DNA of 64,000 nt from Eledone cirrhosa (lineage: Eukaryota), in NCBI GenBank assembly GCA_964016885.1, contig OZ024741.1:280240001-280304000 (forward strand). Reading direction: 5' to 3'. The notes below the pieces were generated by a model. That model had not been told where the DNA came from and did no database searches. It saw only the letters and a list, made by a program, of their open reading frames with translations. This document shows, piece by piece, positions 26,987 to 36,520 of this stretch (the stretch's first letter is position 1; every line of letters starts with the position of its first letter). A program made the translations under genes and the position numbers.

Positions 26987-28058
26987 TAGAGCTCGATATG
27001 TATGTAACCTGCCAGTATTTAAAATGTAATAGAGCTCGATATGTATGTAACCTGCCAGTATTTAAAATGTAATAGAGCTTGATATGTATGTAACCTGCCA
27101 GTATTTAAAATGTAATAGAGCTTGATATGTATGTAACCTGCCAGTATTTAAAATGTAATAGAGCTTGATATGTATGTAACCTGCCAGTATTTAAAATGTA
27201 ATAGAGCTCGATATGTATGTAACCTGCCAGTATTTAAAATGTAATAGAGCTCGATATGTATGTAACCTGCCAGTATTTAAAATGTAATAGAGCTCGATAT
27301 GTATGTAACCTGCCAGTATTTAAAATGTAATAGAGCTCGATATGTATGTAACCTGCCAGTATTTAAAATGTAATAGAGCTTGATATGTATGTAACCTGCC
27401 AGTATTTAAAATGTAATAGAGCTTGATATGTATGTAACCTGCCAGTATTTAAAATGTAATAGAGCTTGATATGTATGTAACCTGCCAGTATTTAAAATGT
27501 AATAGAGCTTGATATGTATGTAACCTGCCAGTATTTAAAATGTAATAGAGCTTGATATGTATGTAACCTGCCAGTATTTAAAATGTAATAGAGCTTGATA
27601 TGTATGTAACCTGCCAGTATTTAAAATGTAATAGAGCTCGATATGTATGTAACCTGCCAGTATTTAAAATGTAATAGAGCTTGATATGTATGTAACCTGC
27701 CAGTATTTAAAATGTAATAGAGCTCGATATGTATGTAACCTGCCAGTATTTAAAATGTAATAGAGCTCGATATGTATGTAACCTGCCAGTATTTAAAATG
27801 TAATAGAGCTTGATATGTATGTAACCTGCCAGTATTTAAAATGTAATAGAGCTTGATATGTATGTAACCTGCCAGTATTTAAAATGTAATAGAGCTTCAT
27901 ATGTATGTAACCTGCCAGTATTTAAAATGTAATAGAGCTTCATATGTATGTAACCTGCCAGTATTTAAAATGTAATAGAGCTTCATATGTATGTAACCTG
28001 CCAGTCTTTAAAATGTAATAGAGCTTGATGTGTACGTAACCTGCCAATCTTTGAAATG
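26987..28058. repeat. 43-bp minisatellite, about 25 units (TAGAGCTYGATATGTATGTAACCTGCCAGTATTTAAAATGTAA)
   Basis: Directly visible 43-bp period; variation is almost confined to CTCGA/CTTGA/CTTCA. Confidence 0.97.
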
Positions 28059-28159
28059 AACTAGTTACATTGGTGCCTTTTTTTTCTATTCTAACAGAAG
28101 TTTGGGTATGATTTAATATTTCAAAAAAATGTTAGTTATGTTTTACACTAACTTGCCTG

Positions 28160-28975
28160 AACTCTTTTGATATTAAATCACCAGAAACTAGCCAGATATA
28201 AAAATGCTCATTTTAGAATGTTTATTGTTATATTAAAATCTTTCTTTATAATTTCATTTTAGAAATTTTATTTTGATGTTCTAGATATTAGCTTAATGAA
28301 AAATTTAGTTATTTTATTAAATTCTTCTAAATGTTTTGTTATTTTCAAAATTAATTGAGAGCACATTGGCAGTGTATTTCATTAGAAATATGGTAAAAAA
28401 AAAAGGGGTTAGCTTTACTGTGCCTGGACTTCTTGTGGAAGTTGTTTAGTGTATTCAATTTAGCAGTCGGAAATCTCACAATTAACTCCTTGCTTCCTCC
28501 AAAGGTCTTTTAACCGTTTTGTTAGCATATTTCTAATGAAAGACACTGCCTTTTATTTTGAAATAGTTTTTAAATAATCAAGAAATTGGAGTGGTTTAGA
28601 TATATAACGTTCTTATTATTTATCTGGTGTTTAGAACATAACCATTGTTTTTACATTCAATTATGATAAAAGGTATTTAGATAAGTGTAAATACTTTAAC
28701 CCTTTAACATTTAAACCGGCCATATCTGGTCAAACTCTTTCTGGTCAAACCAGTCGTAACTGGCTGCTCATACTGACTTTAAGGTATTGTTCTCAAAATA
28801 AATGTCAAAATTTTGTCTTCGATATTATGCGAGAGATAATTGTGTAAGATAAAGCCTTTACCACAAAAATGCAATAGTATATATAGAGTAATGTAAATGC
28901 TAAAACGGTTAAAATATACAGTTTCATATCATAGGACTATGGGCGGTTTCAGGCAGTTTGGTATCAAAGGGTTAA
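28160..28975. mobile_element. Two oppositely oriented family-X TTAA MITEs (~28160-28411 and 28510-28975), the second containing a family-Y MITE (28696-28912)
   Basis: TTAA|CCC.TTT / AAAGGG|TTAA-type ends; the nested element is flanked by TTAA at 28696 and 28909. Confidence 0.7.
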
Positions 28976-30724
28976 ATTGTAGGATAATTGTGGGTCTTCT
29001 CAGAATGTCTACTGAAGCTATACAAACAATTAGAAATATTGTATTTCATTCATGCTCTCTCTACAAAACATATTAAGTTCTTGACTTGTTATTTTTGGTG
29101 TCTGCGCATGTGTCCTCTGTACATTTTTCTTTCTATAGTCTCCTTGGCCTACTGTCTCTGTCTCTACATCTTTCTGTCTGTGTCCTCTGCTTACTCTCCC
29201 TCCCTTCCCCCTCTCTCTGTACATCTTTCTGTCTATGCCTCCATGGCCTATTCTAAACCCCCCCCCCCTCATCTCTGTACATCTTTCTGTCTACTGTCTC
29301 CTGTTTACATTACTTTAATACTGCAAATGTTTACAATGATCTGTCCAATAGTAAATATATCATAGGCATTTGAATTTACAAATCCATATTTAGATATTTT
29401 CTGCTAAATCATTACAGGATACAGAGAGTTAACCTGTTATAATGAAATTAGAGAAGAGCATGTTATAACAGAAATAAACTTTGTCTGTGTGTGTGCTCTC
29501 TATCCATCAAATATTTTGAAATATTTAACACTGTAATCTGATGTGTAACAAATTGTGCTGTGGTATTGTAATTTTATTACTGTATCTATTTATTCTTTTA
29601 CTGATTTTACTGGTTAGATTGGGGTACTGCCTTGATTTTGTCAATAATAGTCTAGTGCTTATTTTATCAATCTCTTTTTGTCAAAATGTTAAGTTACAGG
29701 AAACAGATATTGGTGCAGACACAGACGCACATACATACAATGGGCTTCTGCCATTTCTCCCTCTACCAAATTCTACTCACAAGTCATTGATCAACCCAAG
29801 GTAGCAATTGGCAGGACTGAACCCAGAATTACATGGTTGCGATGCTATATTGCCTATCTGCAATGTATTGAGTTTCATGCCTCAGGTTTTTTTCTTCTGT
29901 CACTCCCTTGCCTGTTAGTGCCCTTTGTAAGCCAAATCACTACTCCCAGTTTGGGAACCACTGTTGAAAATGTAATTAGCACATGGTGGAATATTAGTAT
30001 GGGGGAAGGGAGATTATCTAGCAATTTCTAGAACTAAAGTTTATTATCTTTAGAAAACCAGACATATAGGACTTTTCAGCAAGATGATGACTACCTACAT
30101 ACCATAATGTCTGAATAAACTACATTTACACCATACATGTAAAAATAGCATATTTATGCTGTCAATGCAATGTCAAGCAAATATTTAAAAAATACTAAAC
30201 TGACTAAATGCTTGAACATCCCAATTCTAATGGTTTTTATTATATTATTTTTTGTTCATTTTGATTACTCCAATCATATAGGAAGGAACCATTTTTTTAA
30301 CTGAAAAACAAATTCCTTTATTTTTATTTTTTAAAAGTCTAGCTGAAAGACAGTAACATACAGATCTTTAGCCCTGTTGATACCAAATTGCTTCAGTTCT
30401 CCAATATAAAAAAAACTGTTTTGTTATAAAATTGTTATTTAGAAACTTTCAATCGTAATTTTATGAATGAACCTTTATCTGCCAAATACCAGCTTAATAA
30501 CGAGAAAGTTATTAAATCCCTCCAAATCTTGATTATTTTGAAAATTTGTCTGTGTAGGAGTTTGAATTTATAAGACTTCAATTGTAGGTTTTATAGTACC
30601 AACTTTTCAAGTTTATTGCTTAATTTATGAAATTTTGGGAAATGTTATTAATATTCAGTTGTATATATTTTACTAACAGAAAGAGAGAAAAAGAAAAATA
30701 GGGGGAGTGGGAAGGGGATAAACT

Positions 30725-31316
30725 CTACCCCCCTGGCTGGGTAGTACATCTCAGCTGCATCCCACGATCAAAATGGGCGAAATCATTGCCAAGAAGAACA
30801 ACCAGCAATACTCTTTGGATCAATCCTTCACACAGGGTTCCTTCATATTTGGTGCAAGGCAGTCCACAAACTAAGGATTCCAAGGATCTCAATGATGACC
30901 GGCACACAAAAGTAATGGTCAATCAATGCCTGGTGTTTAGTTATCTTCTGCTCCTTTGTGTTGTAAGTGGCACTACCCAGTTTTGTAACTGGAGAAAAGT
31001 GTTATAAGTATGTGGCATCCCAGATGAATGATTTCTTCCCACTCTCCTCCAGTTGTGATGGGAGATGACTCATACTGGCCCAACAAGAGAGCAGATAAAG
31101 TCCAAACTTGTCAGCAATGGCTCCACAACTACATTTAGAGGTCAAGGTGTATGGCTACTCCGATGTGGGTGTACTTATCTTCTAGATGAGTGGTACCAGT
31201 TGATGAAATGAGCAAGAAATTGAACCACACACTGCCATTTGGCTGTGAAACAAGCTAAAGGAAGGCAAACCAGTGTTGATCAAGGAAAGACTTAGGCCTC
31301 ATGCTGGTTGAATTGT
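30725..31316 (-). mobile_element. CRE-clade restriction-endonuclease LINE remnant
   Basis: Minus strand gives GKKSFIWDATY (RLE-type G..L.WD.T), TKHQALIDHYFCVPV and IQRVLLVVLLGN; homologous to 6909-7200. The right boundary is uncertain. Confidence 0.65.
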
Positions 31317-31333
31317 ATTATATGTCATCCCAG

Positions 31334-31517
31334 GGCGGTAGATTGGCAGTATCGGTAGAGGGTCGGACGCCATGCTTTCCAGCATAGTTACGTCCCTTTA
31401 CGATCTGAGTTCAAATCCCGCCGAGGTTGACTTTGCCTTTCATCCTTACGGGGTCGATAAAATAAAGTACCAGTAATGAACTGGGTAATTGCTGGCCTTG
31501 TGCCTAAAGTAGAAACA
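31334..31517 (+). mobile_element. Young Meta-like SINE with 17-bp TSD
   Basis: ATTATATGTCATCCCAG at 31317-31333 and 31518-31534; intact A/B boxes. Confidence 0.93.
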
Positions 31518-32570
31518 ATTATATGTCATCCCAGTTGTGATGGTAACATGGTGCATATTGGAGGGTGGGGTGACAGTATTATTTGGTGATAGATCCCAGT
31601 GCTCAAAATAATTATTCCCACAATTGTAAATTAATGAGGGTGGCGAACTGGCAGGGTTGTTATGACATTATACAGCTTTGCAGTATTCGTTCCGACTCTT
31701 TGCCTGCTGAGTTCAAATCCAATCAAGGTCAATTTTACCTTAAATGCTCTCAAGGTCAATAAAACAAAATGCTAGTCCGATACTGTGGTTGAGTCTTCTT
31801 CCTTTTATATCTTTCTCACTTCTCTCCTTTTCTTGAAGAAATCAGCTCTGCTTCGACCTGGTGATATGGGTCCATACATATAGTTGTTTTAAGTGGAGTG
31901 TATGTATGCATGTTTGCACATATAATTATAGTGTCTATATATATATATGTATGTATGTATGTGTGTGTGTGTGTGTGTGTGTATAGAGTGTGCTGATAAA
32001 AGATGCTAATACATGAATGTAACTGTTGATAAATGGGGTTGGATGAAAGTTGTCTGCTATAGGTTAAAGGTTGAATCATGCCCTCTGAGTGGTGCTCGCA
32101 AGAGTAATTGCAGTTTGTTTAAAGCTCTAGTTACACCACCACCACCTTCACCACTACTGCTGCTGAGTGGCCTCATCATCTCAGCTACTGTATGTGAGTG
32201 TTTTATCTTTCTCCAATGAAAACAATATAAAGCAACATTAGTTATAGGTCAAGGCTCTCTATACTAAACAATCCCTCTGCTGACTCACATCCCACTAACA
32301 ACTACACTTAAAACAAGCTAATTTTATTTGCTGGTTTATTTCTTGTTTGCCTTTCTTTTCTCTTTTTCTTTTCTTTTTAAAGTTCTTTTAGTCAACTAAA
32401 ATACATTTCAAATGGTCATTAACTGATCCTTAGCATTCATCATCTAATTGCATGGCTTATACTGCAACATTTACTATTTCTTCTACTATCAGTATGTTAG
32501 TAATAACACACACTCTTTCTTGTCTCTTCCATTTCTTTCTTTATTGTCCATTTTTCAGGCAGTTGTGCTT

Positions 32571-32572
<2 letters not shown>

Positions 32573-32630
<58 letters not shown>
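32573..32630. repeat. (TA)n microsatellite
   Basis: About 29 TA units. Confidence 0.97.
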
Positions 32631-32634
<4 letters not shown>

Positions 32635-33048
32635 AAATTGGAACGGGAACAAAACAGAGAGGCAGTACGAACAAAGGTTTATTAGTTTCACGCTCTTGAG
32701 AGTGGGGGTGGGGAACGACGTTTCGGGAATAAGCCCTTCTTCAGGCGAAAAGTATGTGGGAAGAGAGTTCCGAGGGTGTGTAGGGGAGTGGAGGAGAGAC
32801 ATTTAGAAAAAAGGGGGGGAGAGGAAAGGGAGGAAAACGGTGGAAGGGGTAAAAATAAAAATAAACATGAAGATAAACAAGTGGTGGAAGGGCGTGTAGG
32901 GGTGGTGGCGGGGAGGGATGAAGGTGGTGTATGTGTGTGTGTGTGTGTGAATGTGAGAGTTGGGGGAAGAACGAGGTTCCATGTTCAGGAAAAGGTGTGT
33001 TTGTGGGGTGGGGTGTAGGTCGGCGTGCGCGTGTGGATATATATGTAT
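32631..33048 (-). mobile_element. Penelope-like element 3' end / pseudo-LTR remnant
   Basis: The minus strand is pyrimidine-rich, then has CCTGAAGAAGGGCTTATTCCCGAAACGTCG, AATAAA (32683-32678) and ends at the (TA)n tract, the arrangement known for PLE termini. Confidence 0.65.
32716..32746 (-). ncRNA. Minimal type I hammerhead ribozyme motif
   Basis: CUGAAGA-A-GGG(CUUAUU)CCC-GAAA-C-GUC; palindromic ACGU stem III; stem I is weak. Confidence 0.6.
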
Positions 33049-36000
33049 CTCACCGCCCCCAACCCCCAAACGCAATCCAAAACTTCAGAGTTGGTACCAT
33101 AAATGTAGGCACCCTAAAGGGTCGCGCTAACGAGGTTGTAGAAATGCTTGAACGTAAGGAGGTCGATGTTTGTTGTATTCAAGAGACCAGGTGGAGGGGT
33201 GGGTCTGCTAGGTTCATTGAGGGTAAAAAACGTTGTTATAAGCTTTTCTGGGTGGGAAACGACGATGGGCTGGGTGGAGTAGGAATCATGGTAGCAGAAA
33301 AGTGGGCAGATAAGATAATAGACGTAAATAGAGTGAACGACAGAATAATTAAAATACGACTTGTCCTCAATAGAACTACGGTGACAGTAATATCTGCGTA
33401 CGCACCCCAATCCGGACTGCCCGGCACTATAAAAGACAGATTCTATGAGACACTGATGCTAACTACCTCCCAAATATCCGACAGTGACTATATAATTATC
33501 GCAGGCGACCTAAATGGTCACGTTGGACAACATTGTGACGGCTACGACGAAATCCATGGAGGCTATGGGTTTGGTACTAGAAATGAGGAAGGCTCCAGAA
33601 TCCTGGAATTCTGTGATGCAAATAACCTAACTATCTGTAACACTAACTTCAAAAAACGTGACAATCACCTGATCACCTATAGATCCGGGGAACACACAAG
33701 CCAGGTAGATTATATCCTTACCAGAAGACGTGACAGAGTGTCTGTTGTTAACACTAAATCCCTCCCCCATGAAGAATGCACCTCCCAACATAGACTGATA
33801 ATTAGCGACCTCATAGTCAGGACGAGACGTACTCGACAACAGAAGAGGACTATCCTCAGGAGGAAAATATGGAAGTTAAAGGACCCCACAGCCAGGAATA
33901 AATTTCAAAGCATATTACTTGATGCTTTCGACAGTAAGGAAGAACATTTAGAGTCGGACAATATAGAGGGAGAGTGGGAATTTCTGAAAGCAAACCTGCT
34001 GTTGGCGACAGACGAGGTCTGTGGCTGGAGCAGGCCTGTAGGCAGGAGGAGAGTAACATGGTGGTGGAACAGTAAGGTGGAGGGGTCAATTAAGGCCAAA
34101 AAGCAGGCTTGGAAAGTATGGCGGGATGGGGGAAGTAGAGAGGACTATCAAGTGGCCAGGAGGGAAGCTAGGAGACAAGTGTACTTAGCAAGAAGGGAAG
34201 CTGAGGAAAGAAAGTTCAAGCATGTTCTACAACGCGATGACCAAAAACGTGAGGTGTTCAGGATTGCTAGGCAATGCGTCAAGGAAAACCGTGATATTGT
34301 CGGGGAGAAGTGTGTACTAAACGACGATGGCACACTTGCCATCACCGACGCTGATAAGAAGGTAGCTTGGAAGTGTCACTATGAAAGGCTTCTAAATGAG
34401 GAGAATAATTGGGAGAAAGGCAGTCTCCCCCATATCGACCCAATAGAGGGACCAGCAGTGTTAGTCGAGGGGAGTATAATAAGTAAGGCAATCAAGGATA
34501 TGAAGACTGGTAAGGCGGCTGGGCCTTCGGAAATAGTTGCTGAGATGCTGAAGGCATCTGGCACGGTGGGACACACCATGGTCACCCGCATAGTTAACCA
34601 AGTCGTACAAAACGGGGTTGTTCCGAAGGACTGGCATAGCAGCATCATCGTTAACTGTTATAAGGGTAAAGGAGACGCCCTAGATAGGAGTAACTATAGA
34701 GGCATTAAATTAATCGACCAGGTCATGAAGGTCACGGAAAGAGTAATAGCGCAGCTAATCAGAGAGAGAATTGACCTAGATGAAATGCAGTTCGGGTTTG
34801 TGTCAGGCAAAAGTACCACAGACGCTCTTTTCATAGTACGACAACTACAAGAGAAGTACCTAGCTAAAGGTAAACCCCTCTACTTAGCTTTTGTCGACTT
34901 GGAGAAAGCCTTCGACAGAGTCCCCCGCTCCATTATCTGGTGGGCTCTTAGAAAACTAGGCGTTGACGAATGGCTTGTGAGGGCTATACAAGCCATGTAT
35001 AAAGAAACAGTCAGCAAGGTTAGAATTAACAACGAATATAGTGAAGAGTTTAGCGTAAAAGTCGGCGTCCATCAGGGCTCTGTTCTCAGTCCACTACTAT
35101 TTATTATTGCCCTTCAGGCCATAACAGAGGAGTTCAAGACAGGCTGCCCATGGGAACTCCTATACGCAGACGACCTGACACTCATAGCGGAATCAATGGC
35201 CGAGCTAGAGAAGAAATTCCAAACATGGAAGCACGGCCTAGAGTCAAAAGGACTTAAAATTAACCTGGCTAAGACCAAAGTACTAGTTTGTAGGAAAGAA
35301 AACAAGGCGGCGGTCCCTTCTGGGAAATGGTCGTGCTCGGTGTGTAGGAAAGGCGTAGGTAGAAACTCCATTTTATGTCCTAAATGCAAAGTATGGGTGC
35401 ATAAAAGATGTAGTGGGATCACAGGTAGGCTAACTAAGAACACAGATTTTACATGTGGCCGGTGCTCTGGTGCAATAAGTAGCAGCAAGTGCCCACAAAC
35501 TACTAGCTCTTTCAATTGCGCAGAGGGTTCTATAGAAATAGTGGACAGCTTCCGTTACCTGGGCGATAAAATCAGCAGTGGGGGAGGGTGCTCTGAAAGT
35601 ACTGTAGCTAGAGTCAGAACTGGTTGGAAAAAGTTCAGAGAGCTTATACCACTATTAGCTGCTAAAGGGTTCTCACTAAAAATGAAAGGCAGGTTGTACG
35701 ATGCCTGCATACGAACAGCAATGCTGCATGGCAGTGAGACCTGGGCATTGTGTGCAGAGGATATACGCAGACTAGAGAGGAACGAAGCTTGCATGCTCCG
35801 CTGGATGTGTAACAGTAATATACGTGAACGGCAAAGCATAAACGAACTAAGGAATAAATTAGAGATAAGAGGGATCAGATGTTGTTTACTCGAGAGAAGG
35901 CTACGTTGGTATGGACACGTGATGCGCATGAAAGTCGATAGCTGTATAACAAAGTGCAGGGCAATAAAGATAGACGGTAGTCACGGAATAGGCAGACCTA

Positions 36001-36119
36001 GAAAAACCTGGGACGAGCTGATAAACTCCGACATCACACACTTACACCTCTCCAAGACAATGTCACTGGACCGAGACCTTTGGCGGTACTCAGTAACAGA
36101 GAAGACCCGCCTTACCTAA
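32931..36119 (+). CDS. RTE endonuclease-reverse transcriptase (APE + RT + PHD-like finger); first ~39 codons come from flanking DNA
   Basis: APE motifs VGTINVGTL, QET, SAYAP, GDLNGH, VDYIL, SQHRL; RT motifs NYRGIKL, QFGF, FVDLEKAFD, GVHQGSVLSP, YADD, FRYLG; C-terminal RLRWYGHV and GRPRKTW. Confidence 0.95.
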   Translation: MCVCVCECESWGKNEVPCSGKGVFVGWGVGRRARVDIYVSHRPQPPNAIQNFRVGTINVGTLKGRANEVVEMLERKEVDVCCIQETRWRGGSARFIEGKKRCYKLFWVGNDDGLGGVGIMVAEKWADKIIDVNRVNDRIIKIRLVLNRTTVTVISAYAPQSGLPGTIKDRFYETLMLTTSQISDSDYIIIAGDLNGHVGQHCDGYDEIHGGYGFGTRNEEGSRILEFCDANNLTICNTNFKKRDNHLITYRSGEHTSQVDYILTRRRDRVSVVNTKSLPHEECTSQHRLIISDLIVRTRRTRQQKRTILRRKIWKLKDPTARNKFQSILLDAFDSKEEHLESDNIEGEWEFLKANLLLATDEVCGWSRPVGRRRVTWWWNSKVEGSIKAKKQAWKVWRDGGSREDYQVARREARRQVYLARREAEERKFKHVLQRDDQKREVFRIARQCVKENRDIVGEKCVLNDDGTLAITDADKKVAWKCHYERLLNEENNWEKGSLPHIDPIEGPAVLVEGSIISKAIKDMKTGKAAGPSEIVAEMLKASGTVGHTMVTRIVNQVVQNGVVPKDWHSSIIVNCYKGKGDALDRSNYRGIKLIDQVMKVTERVIAQLIRERIDLDEMQFGFVSGKSTTDALFIVRQLQEKYLAKGKPLYLAFVDLEKAFDRVPRSIIWWALRKLGVDEWLVRAIQAMYKETVSKVRINNEYSEEFSVKVGVHQGSVLSPLLFIIALQAITEEFKTGCPWELLYADDLTLIAESMAELEKKFQTWKHGLESKGLKINLAKTKVLVCRKENKAAVPSGKWSCSVCRKGVGRNSILCPKCKVWVHKRCSGITGRLTKNTDFTCGRCSGAISSSKCPQTTSSFNCAEGSIEIVDSFRYLGDKISSGGGCSESTVARVRTGWKKFRELIPLLAAKGFSLKMKGRLYDACIRTAMLHGSETWALCAEDIRRLERNEACMLRWMCNSNIRERQSINELRNKLEIRGIRCCLLERRLRWYGHVMRMKVDSCITKCRAIKIDGSHGIGRPRKTWDELINSDITHLHLSKTMSLDRDLWRYSVTEKTRLT

Positions 36120-36508
36120 ATATATAGTAAAACCTACTCCAGCCAGTAGGCATCTCTAACAAATACACCCCGTCCCACCACCCCCACCCGATCCACACCA
36201 CCCCGTTCTATGTAAAGTTATGTTGGTGCCGCGCCATCGAGGCCGAAACAAATGAGATCGTGTAGGTGTCACGACAAAAAAACACACAGTCCACGCTGTA
36301 ATGTGGCCGTGTAGGCAACACGGTAAAAACCTCCCAGACCCACACTGTAAATGTGGTTGGTGTTAGGAAGGGCATCCAACTGTAGAAAACCTGCCAGACA
36401 GTCCTATGCGAGCAAGACAATCACTCTTGCCTCAAGTGGGACTACCCCCGTCCAAACCCATGCAAGCGTGGAACACGGACGTTAAACGCTGATGATGATG
36501 ATGATGAT
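33049..36508 (+). mobile_element. RTE-clade LINE copy A (slightly 5'-truncated, intact ORF)
   Basis: Identity to copy B starts at 33049; APE-RT ORF; ~370-nt 3'UTR; (GAT)6 tail followed by (AT)n. Confidence 0.96.
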
Positions 36509-36520
36509 ATATATATATAT

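Noticed and set aside
26987-28058. CRISPR-like array
   Set aside because: Pure tandem repeat without spacers in a eukaryotic context.
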